This document shows, piece by piece, positions 17,368 to 26,097 of a DNA stretch of 64,000 bases; position 1 is the stretch's first letter, and every line of letters starts with the position of its first letter. Position numbers and translations under genes: made by a program. The notes under the pieces were generated by a model, which was not told the origin of the DNA, ran no database searches, and worked only from the letters and a program-made list of their open reading frames with translations. The stretch is taken from positions 1 to 64,000 of the IMG/VR virus record IMGVR_UViG_3300043778_000063. The stretch is one strand, 5' to 3'. Source of the DNA: a virus.

Positions 17368-17568
17368 TCAGGAGCCCTTCCGAGCCTCCAGGAACGCGTC
17401 AATCGCGGCCCGGTCCTCCGGGTCGGCCACCTTCACCGCAAACGACGTGGCGCCAGCGGCGGGCTGGCGCGGGGCCGTTGCCTCGCGGAGCTCGTTCCGC
17501 TCGAGCGCGTACTGCCGGCGGGCCTTGGCGCGGCGGTCGACCTCTTTCTTGCGGAGATCACGCGGCAT
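17368..17568 (-). CDS. Hypothetical protein
   Basis: TGATG coupling. Confidence 0.6.
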   Translation of the reverse strand: MPRDLRKKEVDRRAKARRQYALERNELREATAPRQPAAGATSFAVKVADPEDRAAIDAFLEARKGS

Positions 17569-17771
17569 CAGTTGAGCCCGGCCGCTTCCTGGGCGGCCCA
17601 CAGGAGGTCGAGGGCGCGGCAAAGGCGGCCTTCTATGCCCCGAATCACCTCATCCGTGAAGCTGCACCGCATGCTTCCAGGCGCAGCGGGCGCGCCGCGA
17701 ATCAGCAATAGGGATTGTTGGCAGACACGCAGATTGAACCGCGCCAGGGTAACCACTTCAATCGGATCCAT
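17568..17771 (-). CDS. Hypothetical protein
   Basis: RBS AGGAGG. Confidence 0.55.
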   Translation of the reverse strand: MDPIEVVTLARFNLRVCQQSLLLIRGAPAAPGSMRCSFTDEVIRGIEGRLCRALDLLWAAQEAAGLN

Positions 17772-18360
17772 CGTTTCCTCCTTTGCCATCGCGACGCAGC
17801 CAACAAAGTTCAGGTGCGGCGCCGTCATATCCGCGCTCCCATACCAGCCAGCAAAAGTCCATCTTGCCGCCTCCAGGTTTCAAGCCAGAGGCAATCGTGT
17901 GACCGGGCGGCATGCTCGGCCGCGGCGTCATCAGCCAGACCCGAATCAGCGGAGTTCCGCGCAGCCAGTGAGCGCCATTGAGGCGCGCGGTGGGGAAGAT
18001 CATCGCTACTTTCTCGACGCGGTCCAGGGACAGCGCATGAAGGGCGAATCGACTCGCGATATTGAACGGAGGGTTGCAGACGATATGGCCCGCGAGCACA
18101 CGCTGAGTTGTCAGGAAATCCTGTTTGCAAGCCAGCATGTGGAATCCTCGATCGGCGATATCCGTGCCAATCACATCCAGGCCAGCGCGAGCAGCCGCGA
18201 TCGGGATGCGCCCGAATCCGCAGCACGGATCCCAGACCCTCGGCGAAAAATTCTCTTCCTCAAACAACCTCTCGCTGCACCAAAAAGGCTCGACGTAATG
18301 CTCATTCGACTCGCGCGCCCATCTGTGCGCTTTTACCAGTGTCTTGCCCTTGGTCGCCAT
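17758..18360 (-). CDS. SAM-dependent (probably N6-adenine) DNA methyltransferase
   Basis: WDPCCGFGRI, IVCNPPF, FCWLVW. Confidence 0.85.
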   Translation of the reverse strand: MATKGKTLVKAHRWARESNEHYVEPFWCSERLFEEENFSPRVWDPCCGFGRIPIAAARAGLDVIGTDIADRGFHMLACKQDFLTTQRVLAGHIVCNPPFNIASRFALHALSLDRVEKVAMIFPTARLNGAHWLRGTPLIRVWLMTPRPSMPPGHTIASGLKPGGGKMDFCWLVWERGYDGAAPELCWLRRDGKGGNDGSD

Positions 18361-18362
18361 GT

Positions 18363-19193
18363 TCAGACCCCGCAATGCCCTTCGCACTCATTTCCGAACA
18401 GATCATTCTCGCCGCTCTTTGCCATAAGGTCAGCATGGGCGAGCGGGATGCGGCTATGATGCAGAAAAACCTCGCCATGGAAGCGTGCGACCTGAGCAGG
18501 CAAGCGGAGCCATCCGTCGAGTTCAAGGGTTTCGGACCACTCTTCCGGGCTGTCCCGCAGATCGCGCCATCCCTCATTGCCTTGGAACGGGCAGTATTTG
18601 CAGCGGGATTTCGGCGGGCGCCGATATTGGCGCTTTTCAAGCCAACTATAACAGCCTTGGCGGCTCATCCTCGCTTCGATGAGAATGTGGCGATTGTGGA
18701 TGAAGCGGCATCCGCTAGGTTTGATCCGCTCGATTTCGTCGGTCGAGATGCCGATCCAACTTTCGACCGTATCGGGAGCAATATAGCCGCGCGGACCAAC
18801 GCCCAACAATTCGCGAATCATCCGCCTAATCGGGCGGATTTTCCAGTTTCGAGTGCAGTTCCGACCGCCCATACCGCCAGCGCCGACGAACCATGGGATA
18901 CGAGCGCCGTCTTCATCACCCGCAACCAATGCCGCCTTGAGAGTGCGCGTTGGCCTTACTACGTGAATTGGAAAGGGAAGAACCCCCGGCGATGCCAGCC
19001 ATGCCAGATGCTCGTAGACCGCTCTCGGCTCATCACCGGTATCGGCGAAGATCGCACAATCTGGCGCTGGAATTTCCCCGCGCGCGGCCATCAATGCAAT
19101 AGTGGTGGACTGGACGCCGGCGCCGAGGCTCAAAACCCTGAGTTTTGGATTCGCCAGCGGGCGCGAAATGCCATCGTGCTGAAGTTCGATCAT
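18363..19193 (-). CDS. PAPS-reductase-like PP-loop protein with Cys cluster
   Basis: LSLGAGVQST, IFADTGDE, CT..WKI, KSRCKYCPF, ECEGHCGV. Confidence 0.8.
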   Translation of the reverse strand: MIELQHDGISRPLANPKLRVLSLGAGVQSTTIALMAARGEIPAPDCAIFADTGDEPRAVYEHLAWLASPGVLPFPIHVVRPTRTLKAALVAGDEDGARIPWFVGAGGMGGRNCTRNWKIRPIRRMIRELLGVGPRGYIAPDTVESWIGISTDEIERIKPSGCRFIHNRHILIEARMSRQGCYSWLEKRQYRRPPKSRCKYCPFQGNEGWRDLRDSPEEWSETLELDGWLRLPAQVARFHGEVFLHHSRIPLAHADLMAKSGENDLFGNECEGHCGV

Positions 19194-19196
19194 ATC

Positions 19197-19409
19197 CTAT
19201 TCCGAGATGATGGAGACGCCGAAATGCGCCCGCAGCAAACTGCTGTCGCGAAGTCCCTCCGCAATCACCTCGACTGGGCCGGGGATATCCCGATCGCCGG
19301 CTTCCCAGCGCCGCACCGCACGCCCGCTCGCGACGCGGACGAGCCGGGCAAAGGCCTCTGCGGAGAGGCCTAGGCTGCGGCGGATGGATTTGAGCTCAGA
19401 GGGGGTCAT
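19197..19409 (-). CDS. XRE-family HTH protein
   Basis: MTPSELKSIRRSLGLS...VRRWEAGDRDIPG. Confidence 0.85.
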   Translation of the reverse strand: MTPSELKSIRRSLGLSAEAFARLVRVASGRAVRRWEAGDRDIPGPVEVIAEGLRDSSLLRAHFGVSIISE

Positions 19410-19514
19410 GTCGAAATATCCATTGAAAATTATGTGCAGTCTTTCTTGGACCCGCGCACTGCACGGACGGGTTTGGCGCTGGGAGGACGCATGAACATCC
19501 TCCACGGCCAAGCT

Positions 19515-19706
19515 CTAGTGGGCGACCTCAACCGGCTTGCCGTCGAATTCAGTGGTATTGGCGGGCCACGCTTCGTCGCCGTCGTGCCAGGCTTGGTCTG
19601 ATGCCATCGCATCGCAGCCCTGGATGCCTTGGGTTTTCCAGTTTCCGGTCTGACCGTCGATGATGTCGTATGATTTGGTGATTTCGAGGTTTCGGAACTT
19701 GGCCAT
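19515..19706 (-). CDS. Hypothetical protein
   Basis: RBS GGAG; has its own promoter upstream. Confidence 0.55.
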   Translation of the reverse strand: MAKFRNLEITKSYDIIDGQTGNWKTQGIQGCDAMASDQAWHDGDEAWPANTTEFDGKPVEVAH

Positions 19707-19753
19707 CTGTCGTCTCCATCTCTGGCGGGCACCATTGCCCTGTCGACAAATGC

Positions 19754-19783
19754 AACATAGGGCCAAATGGACCATTCCGTCAA
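19754..19783 (-). promoter_or_regulatory. Sigma70-like promoter
   Basis: TTGACG-N18-TATGTT. Confidence 0.5.
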
Positions 19784-19800
19784 GAGGCCAATGCAAAATT

Positions 19801-20124
19801 TTATGAATATTTATCCCCGATGCCGGCGAATGCGCTCTCTGGATCACGGCGCACCGGAGCCCAAAGCGGCAGCCGGCGGCGCCGAGCGGCCTCCGCGGTC
19901 CGCCAGCGCTCGATCAGTTCGTATCCGAGCGGCGATGGCTTCACGAGCCAGCCGCGCCGGTGGATCAGCCCGGCCCGCGCCAGCGCCGCCAACGCGGCAT
20001 CGAAAGCCGGGATACGATCGCCGCACGGCTTGACGCTCGCCCAGTCCCGACCCGCCACCGGGCTGTTGGGTCGGCATCCTCTGGAGATCGTGACTAGGAC
20101 TTGCGTCAGATAGGCGGTGGACAT
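19801..20124 (-). CDS. Hypothetical protein
   Basis: In operon after RusA. Confidence 0.45.
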   Translation of the reverse strand: MSTAYLTQVLVTISRGCRPNSPVAGRDWASVKPCGDRIPAFDAALAALARAGLIHRRGWLVKPSPLGYELIERWRTAEAARRRRLPLWAPVRRDPESAFAGIGDKYS

Positions 20125-20669
20125 GGCGGCAGGAACTCCCGAACCTCGATGCGCATGGCAGGCGTCGGGTCATAGCGCTTGATCACCCGCGCGTCGACGA
20201 CCTGGCTGTCATCCCGCCAGACGATTTGATTCAAGGAATCTTGAACCAACTTCAGAAAATTGTCGCCATCGGGTTTTGACGTCGGCAAGATCGCGCCGGC
20301 ACGCGCCTTGGCTTTATCGGTCTTGGACCAACTTTCGGGAATCGGTTTGAACGCGTGGACCAACAGCGCCACCGGGTTCTCGGTCGGCGCGCGCCCGCGC
20401 ATGAACAGCGCTGCAGCCTCGGCGAGGACTTTCTCGGCTTTCTCGGTAGTCGGATCGGGGTATTGCTGGATGAAGAGCTTCTTGACGTTCTCTTTGGGGA
20501 TGAAGGAACTCCGCGCCGTGTGAACCCAGACCTCCCGCGGGATCACCAGCCGGGCCCGGTGCCGCGCCTTGTGCGCCGGCGGGCCCTCTAGTTCAAAGCA
20601 CAGGAAGACATCAGGACCGGCCACGAGGGCCGGCCATTCGAGCGTCGGGAGGGTCGGCTGCGCGTCCAC
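20106..20669 (-). CDS. rusA: RusA-family Holliday junction resolvase
   Basis: KPDGDNFLKLVQDSLNQIVWRDDSQVV. Confidence 0.9.
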   Translation of the reverse strand: MDAQPTLPTLEWPALVAGPDVFLCFELEGPPAHKARHRARLVIPREVWVHTARSSFIPKENVKKLFIQQYPDPTTEKAEKVLAEAAALFMRGRAPTENPVALLVHAFKPIPESWSKTDKAKARAGAILPTSKPDGDNFLKLVQDSLNQIVWRDDSQVVDARVIKRYDPTPAMRIEVREFLPPCPPPI

Positions 20670-20672
20670 GGC

Positions 20673-21164
20673 TCAGATAGGTCCGCCAGCGGCCTCGGCA
20701 ACCTTGCGGGCGGCGGCGCCGATCTGGGTGACGTTGCCGCCCTCGGCCGCGCTGATATCGTCACCGGTCGCGCCCTTTCCCTTGCGGCCCTTGCGCGGCG
20801 GCTTGACCGAATCGGCCGTCGCCGTGTCGATCTTGTCGTTGTCGAACATCTCCTCCTGCGCCTGGGCGCGCTTGAGGACGCCGAGCTTCTTGAGGCCGTC
20901 GATGAGGTGGTAAACCGTGACATGCAGGTCGAGGTCGTCCTCGATCGCGTCGAGAGCCAGGACGATCCGCATCGCGCGGCGGTCGACGTGTTCTTCCTCG
21001 ACCAAACGGGCCAGCACCTTGGAAAAGGTTCCATTCGCCGAAGATGCCCGCTTCTTTGCCGTTCGCTTCGCCTCGGCCGCCTCTTCCCATGCCGATTTCT
21101 TCGGGAATATCAGCGTCGTGGCCTCGGTTACGCTTCCTTCTCCAGTTGCCGGTGATCTCGCCAT
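20673..21164 (-). CDS. Hypothetical protein (possibly distant GapR/DUF2312-like)
   Basis: RBS GAGGAG; helical N-terminus and basic tail. Confidence 0.65.
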   Translation of the reverse strand: MARSPATGEGSVTEATTLIFPKKSAWEEAAEAKRTAKKRASSANGTFSKVLARLVEEEHVDRRAMRIVLALDAIEDDLDLHVTVYHLIDGLKKLGVLKRAQAQEEMFDNDKIDTATADSVKPPRKGRKGKGATGDDISAAEGGNVTQIGAAARKVAEAAGGPI

Positions 21165-21186
21165 GTCGTCTCCTCAGGGTTGGGGT

Positions 21187-21405
21187 TCAGTTGAATGTGA
21201 CGGTGCCGGCCTCGGCTCCGGAGGGGCGGTGCGCCTCATCGTCTTCAGCGAGCACGTCGTGAAGAAGGGGCGCTGCTACGCCGATCGGGTCCGCATGGCA
21301 AACGTCAGACAGGTTACGCAGGCGTGCGGCCGTCAGTGGGTCCAACGGGATGCTGATCCAGACGGTGTCTTGGGGGTCTTCCATCAGATTTTCCATGATT
21401 CGCAA
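21187..21405 (-). CDS. Hypothetical protein
   Basis: In operon. Confidence 0.55.
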   Translation of the reverse strand: MRIMENLMEDPQDTVWISIPLDPLTAARLRNLSDVCHADPIGVAAPLLHDVLAEDDEAHRPSGAEAGTVTFN

Positions 21406-21431
21406 TCCCTATCGGATTCGCGAATCGGGCG

Positions 21432-21716
21432 CTAGGAGCGCTTGTCGTCCACGAAGCCTGCGTCGATTTTTTTCCCCAACCTTCCGATGGGGGACGTCTG
21501 GGGCCAAGGCGCGCCTTTCGGCCATCTGGCCCGGAACCGATTCACCAACTGGTAGTACGTATTGACGCCGCACGAGATATCGCCGTTGAGAAACTCGCCG
21601 AAAAAGTCCCCATTTCCATGGATTTTCTTTCCCACGGTCACCATCGAAAGCCCGGTCGCCTCGGCGTAGGCCTGGGCGATCACGAATAGATTTTGGCGCA
21701 TTGTTTGTTCTGACAT
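21432..21716 (-). CDS. Cro-like HTH regulator
   Basis: AYAEATGLSMVTVGKK...WPKGAPWP; first gene at the divergence point. Confidence 0.7.
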   Translation of the reverse strand: MSEQTMRQNLFVIAQAYAEATGLSMVTVGKKIHGNGDFFGEFLNGDISCGVNTYYQLVNRFRARWPKGAPWPQTSPIGRLGKKIDAGFVDDKRS

Positions 21717-21723
21717 GGCCGAC

Positions 21724-21803
21724 CGTCTAGCACCCGTGGAACAAATCGACAACCCGGAAATTTCAAAATTGTTGTGGACACAAGGGAGAATTATCCCTAG
21801 ATT
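21724..21803. promoter_or_regulatory. Divergent sigma70-like promoters
   Basis: - strand TTGTCG-N17-TAGACG (21752-21724); + strand TGGACA-N17-TAGATT (21775-21803). Confidence 0.55.
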
Positions 21804-21839
21804 GATCGGGCAACGTAACCCGGGAAAGGGGCGATTGAG

Positions 21840-21974
21840 ATGGACAGCAATATTTTGAATAATTTAGAGGCCGTGCAGAAGTTTTGCTTCCGCGCGGCCC
21901 TTTACTTTTTGGCGCTCGGCGCCACCGTCACGGCCCTCGCCGTTTGCGGCGCGATGTACGTCGGCCTGATCTGA
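21840..21974 (+). CDS. Small membrane protein
   Basis: 44 aa with a C-terminal hydrophobic helix; TGATG coupling. Confidence 0.5.
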   Translation: MDSNILNNLEAVQKFCFRAALYFLALGATVTALAVCGAMYVGLI

Positions 21975-22174
21975 TGCCGTATGTATATTGCAACCAACTG
22001 ATGGCCGACGATAGCGTGACACCGAGACGCGTGCTTGGGACTTTCAGCAGCCATTGGGCTGCATGCGCGGCGATGATCCGATTGAGCGATCCGGACTTCA
22101 AATCGCTCGGCGGCGACAAGCCGGAAGATCTCGCCACCGAATCGAAAATCCACCATATCGTCGGCCTGATCTGA
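21974..22174 (+). CDS. Hypothetical protein flanked by a 16-bp direct repeat
   Basis: CGTCGGCCTGATCTGA at 21959 and 22159. Confidence 0.55.
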   Translation: MPYVYCNQLMADDSVTPRRVLGTFSSHWAACAAMIRLSDPDFKSLGGDKPEDLATESKIHHIVGLI

Positions 22175-22181
22175 GGATCCC

Positions 22182-22802
22182 ATGACGACCGCCAAAAAGG
22201 ATCGATTCGCCAAGTTCAAGGAATGGATCGTCGCGCGCGGTGCGGAACTGATGGCCCCGACCAATGAGTGGGAAGCCGTCCGATTCCGCGGAGAGGGACG
22301 CACATCAATCATCTATGTGAGCAAGGCCGGCAATATCACATTCACCGGCGAAGCCCGTGCGGCATGGGATGCTTTCGAGGCCGGTGGCCATTATCGCTTC
22401 GCTCCACGCGCGCGCCGTGATCGTTTTGCCGCTCGCGCTTCAGTGGTCACACTGACGCTACTGGATCGTGACGGGCCGCGCTGCTTCTATTGCGCGGTCG
22501 ATTTCTCGGATGATGTCAAACCGACGAAGGAACATCTCGTTCCGATCACCGCTGGCGGTCCGGATCATCTTGGAAATCTATTTCTCGCTTGCGAGCCTTG
22601 CAATCGCGATGTCGGGCACCGCTCGGCGGCGGAGAAGATTCGTTACCGCGATTTGAAACGGCGCGGTGCCGGAACGGCTCTGTTGATCGACATCCGGCCA
22701 ATTCTTTGCGAACTCAACGGCGCGACGCCGACCGAGCTCATCGGCCGACTCGATGCCATCATCCACCACCAACCAAAGGACAACTCCGATGCCACTCCCT
22801 GA
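22182..22802 (+). CDS. HNH endonuclease-domain protein
   Basis: RDGPRCFYC...TKEHLVP...GGPDHLGNLFLACEPCN. Confidence 0.85.
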   Translation: MTTAKKDRFAKFKEWIVARGAELMAPTNEWEAVRFRGEGRTSIIYVSKAGNITFTGEARAAWDAFEAGGHYRFAPRARRDRFAARASVVTLTLLDRDGPRCFYCAVDFSDDVKPTKEHLVPITAGGPDHLGNLFLACEPCNRDVGHRSAAEKIRYRDLKRRGAGTALLIDIRPILCELNGATPTELIGRLDAIIHHQPKDNSDATP

Positions 22803-23286
22803 AGGCTACCTTCCACGTCAGGACGACGAACTGCTGATCCGAGTCAAAGTCTCATACGATTGTGATGATGGCGAAAGCGATGTGCACATCCGACTTGTCG
22901 GCGCCGAGCACAAGACCGCAGTCCTCGGTCTGAGTAGCATCCACGCGCTGCATCTTCGTAATTGGCGGATCGGCGATACCATTTCCTATCCCTCCCTGTT
23001 CGAAGGCCCCGCCGAAGTGCTCGCGATCGACGGCCACGAAGTTTGGGTCCGCGACACCGAGAACCAGCGATGGACCATCGAGGCGAACGAGCTTGAAGCA
23101 TACGTCGAGCCCGCGCCGGACGCGCTCACCGTCACCCCCATCTCGGGTGAAGTGAAGATCGGAGACACGATCACCGGCGCCGGGAATCCATACTATCCCG
23201 ACGACGGCAAGATCGTCGCTGTCCTGCCGCCGTCCCCGCCCGCCGTCGATGCCGCTTCGATCGGCGACGATGACATGCCGATCTGA
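22789..23286 (+). CDS. Hypothetical protein
   Basis: RBS AAGGA; acidic C-terminus DDDMPI. Confidence 0.7.
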   Translation: MPLPEGYLPRQDDELLIRVKVSYDCDDGESDVHIRLVGAEHKTAVLGLSSIHALHLRNWRIGDTISYPSLFEGPAEVLAIDGHEVWVRDTENQRWTIEANELEAYVEPAPDALTVTPISGEVKIGDTITGAGNPYYPDDGKIVAVLPPSPPAVDAASIGDDDMPI

Positions 23287-23327
23287 CGAATCGGATCCGA
23301 TCGCAACCAACCCAGAAGGAATCTCTG

Positions 23328-24218
23328 ATGTCTGATCTAAACCCACGCGCCGGGATCGGCGACAACGTCCAATCAATCGATTGGGCCGGGACGGAAACCG
23401 CCCGCCTGCAACTCGACTATGCGTACATCGGCAAATCGGTCGAGGAATTGCTTTCCGAGGCTGCCAAGTTCGAAGTCGTTACCGACGACGACGACAAGGG
23501 CAAGGTCACCAGCCTAATCAAGCGCATCCGCGATGAGGCCAAGCGAATCAATGGCCTGCACGAAATCGAGAAGGCTCCCCACTTCCGCCGCGGCCAGGCC
23601 GTCGACCAGTTTTTCTTCGGCGCCGAGGACAAGCTCCTGAAGCGGGACAAGAAAGCGAAGGATGGTGCGGCCGACCGACTGGGATCGATCCTGACTGCCT
23701 ATGATGTCCGCAAACTCGCCGAGGAGCAGGAGCGACGCCGCAAGGAAGCCGCTGAGGCCGCCAGGATCGCCTATGCCGCCGAGCAAGAGCGCCTCCGGCT
23801 CGAGCGGGAGGCCGAGGAAGCCAGATTGGCCGCCGAGCGCGCAAGGAAGCCGGAGACCACAGCGGCGAAGGCTGAGATTGCGGAGCAGAAGGCGGATGAG
23901 GCCAGCGCTGCGCGGGTCGATGAGGCCGTCGCAACTGCCGCCGCCGAGGAAGCCTATGTAGCAACACTGGCGCGGCCAGCCGACATCATGCGAGCTCGCG
24001 GCGATGACGGAACCCTGTCGACCATGGGGACCGAGAAGTTCGCGGAAGTCACCGATCGGACCAAGATCGATTTGGAAAAGCTCCGGTCCTACCTGCCGAT
24101 CGCAGCGATCGAGACCGCGCTCCGGAAATACGCCGAATCGGTCGGCTACAGCAACGATGCCTCGGTTCAGATCGCAGGCGCGCGATTCGGCAAGAAGCCT
24201 AAGTCTAAGGTGTATTGA
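23328..24218 (+). CDS. Coiled-coil hypothetical protein (IGDN-type)
   Basis: RAGIGDN N-terminus; long helical region. Confidence 0.8.
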   Translation: MSDLNPRAGIGDNVQSIDWAGTETARLQLDYAYIGKSVEELLSEAAKFEVVTDDDDKGKVTSLIKRIRDEAKRINGLHEIEKAPHFRRGQAVDQFFFGAEDKLLKRDKKAKDGAADRLGSILTAYDVRKLAEEQERRRKEAAEAARIAYAAEQERLRLEREAEEARLAAERARKPETTAAKAEIAEQKADEASAARVDEAVATAAAEEAYVATLARPADIMRARGDDGTLSTMGTEKFAEVTDRTKIDLEKLRSYLPIAAIETALRKYAESVGYSNDASVQIAGARFGKKPKSKVY

Positions 24219-24219
24219 G

Positions 24220-24558
24220 ATGGTCCGCACCGGATGGATTGGCGATCGGAACTGCAGCGGCTGCCGCTATTGGTCCGAGATGATCGCGATGGTTCAGGCC
24301 GGCGAAGTCGTCGCAATGTGCCTCGGAACCGACGCCCTGAAGGGCCGCTATACGACCGAGCGCCAGACCTGCGGGGCATTCGCTCGGAACACCCATGGCG
24401 CCGTGGACGATCCGCCCGACTATGGCGAAGAAGTCCGCGCGATGTACGCAGCGCAGGCCGCTGAGAAATACCCCAATGGCGCACCGAAATACGCCGCCGA
24501 TGGGACAATGCTGGACGACCGCGGCGCGCGGTCAATCTTCGACGATGTCGACCTTTGA
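24220..24558 (+). CDS. Hypothetical Cys-containing protein
   Basis: CSGCRYW; ends RSIFDDVD. Confidence 0.65.
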   Translation: MVRTGWIGDRNCSGCRYWSEMIAMVQAGEVVAMCLGTDALKGRYTTERQTCGAFARNTHGAVDDPPDYGEEVRAMYAAQAAEKYPNGAPKYAADGTMLDDRGARSIFDDVDL

Positions 24559-24569
24559 GGAGAAAAGAC

Positions 24570-24902
24570 ATGATAATCATCATCAACCCAGGTACTGAAG
24601 CAAAATCTGGCGCCACCGAAGCGAACGCCATGATCATCTGCGATCGGATTTGCGATGACCTCGAAATCGATCGCGCAACTGTGTTTCGCCAATCGGCCGC
24701 AGACGATGTGGCCGGAGGATGGTTTGGGTTCTCGTTCGCGAAGCCAAATGGTGATCGGTTCGAAGTCGATATCCCAGGCGACGATCCCGACCAAGTGTGC
24801 GAGGGGCGGCCATTCAAATCTCGGCGTCTCTACGTCGATGGTTCAAGTTGGCTTTACGGCTACGCTTTGAACCGAATCGAAGAACGAACGAAGGGAGAAT
24901 AG
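24570..24902 (+). CDS. Hypothetical protein
   Basis: RBS GAGGAG; RLYVDGSSWLY. Confidence 0.7.
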   Translation: MIIIINPGTEAKSGATEANAMIICDRICDDLEIDRATVFRQSAADDVAGGWFGFSFAKPNGDRFEVDIPGDDPDQVCEGRPFKSRRLYVDGSSWLYGYALNRIEERTKGE

Positions 24903-24907
24903 GAGCC

Positions 24908-25099
24908 ATGAAGCAATATTCAATCGTAGGCCAGAAGCACCGCGGGCTTGACCCGTATCTGGCCGGCACGTTGCCGGGCGTTCCGGTCACCCTGGTTCGG
25001 GAGCCGATGAACCAATACGACCCCATCGCGGATCTTATGAAGCGCCTCAAGGTCGCGCTCGAAGCGTCCGCCGATTGGTGCGATCAGATCCCGTTCTGA
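24908..25099 (+). CDS. Truncated HIRAN-like protein
   Basis: IVGQKHRG...LVREPMNQYDP matches the N-terminal half of HIRAN only. Confidence 0.5.
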   Translation: MKQYSIVGQKHRGLDPYLAGTLPGVPVTLVREPMNQYDPIADLMKRLKVALEASADWCDQIPF

Positions 25100-25224
25100 T
25101 GGTCTCTCCGATGACATTCGGGCCAGCGATGGAGCGCCCGAGATGCGGTGATTGTTCCGAATTCCGAGATGGTTGGTATTGCACGATGAACTGCGGTCCA
25201 TCGGTGCCGATGAAGGGAAAAGAA

Positions 25225-26097
25225 ATGGCCGCCGAGATGAAAGACGTCACGCCGACGAAAGAGCGCGTCAGAGTCCTGAATGCGACAGATGAGACGAGCC
25301 GCAAAAATCCAATTGCCATGCGATCGCAGCCAAAGAATGTGCTCGCGATCATTGCGGATGCGGCGGCTAATCCGGCCATCAATCCGGCCACGATGCGCGA
25401 GCTCCTCGATATGCAGAAGGAAATCGTGGCAGAACAGGCGAGGCTCGCCTACACCGAGGCGAAGTTGGCCCTGAAGCGAAAGCTTCCCGTCATCAACAAG
25501 GATGGTCGAATCGAATTCAAGGACAAGGGCGCCGGCAAAGCCACGCTCCGATTCGCCAGCTTCGAAAATATAAACGAGATCATCGGGCCGCTGCTCGACG
25601 AGTTCGGATTTGATCTTTGGTTCTCCTCTGAACCCGGGCTGGCCGGAATGATAAACGTGATCGGGCATCTCGATCACAAAAGAGGTCATACCCGCGAGAC
25701 GACGTTTCCGATGCCTCACGACGCCTCAGGAGGCAAGAGCGGTGCCCAGGGTTGGGCAAGCGCATTCTCTTTCGGCAAGCGCATCACAACAATCGGGCTT
25801 CTCAATATCCAGACGCGGGCGATGGAGGATCGCGATCGGGATGGCAGCGAGAAGAATCTGAAGCGCGCCAAGGGCGGCGGCCTGGCTGAGGTCCCCGACG
25901 AGGTCCCAACGATCACGGCTGCGCAAAAGGAAACGCTGCTGGAAAAGATCAATTGGTGCGGCGTCTCCCTCGCCAAATTCCACGAGCACTACGGCATCGA
26001 GAAGACCGCAGACCTCCCCGCGAATCTCTTCGATGCTGCGGTGAAGGCCTGCGAAGATTTCCACGCGAACAAGCAGGCTAAGGAACGTCATGGCTAA
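25225..26097 (+). CDS. erf: ERF-family ssDNA annealing protein
   Basis: LPVINKDG, FASFENI, SGAQGWASAFSFGKR, DRDG. Confidence 0.85.
   Translation: MAAEMKDVTPTKERVRVLNATDETSRKNPIAMRSQPKNVLAIIADAAANPAINPATMRELLDMQKEIVAEQARLAYTEAKLALKRKLPVINKDGRIEFKDKGAGKATLRFASFENINEIIGPLLDEFGFDLWFSSEPGLAGMINVIGHLDHKRGHTRETTFPMPHDASGGKSGAQGWASAFSFGKRITTIGLLNIQTRAMEDRDRDGSEKNLKRAKGGGLAEVPDEVPTITAAQKETLLEKINWCGVSLAKFHEHYGIEKTADLPANLFDAAVKACEDFHANKQAKERHG

Noticed and set aside
17326-19373. Long + strand ORFs (377 and 421 aa) and similar long antisense ORFs elsewhere
   Set aside because: Shadow frames of high-GC genes with clear motifs on the opposite strand
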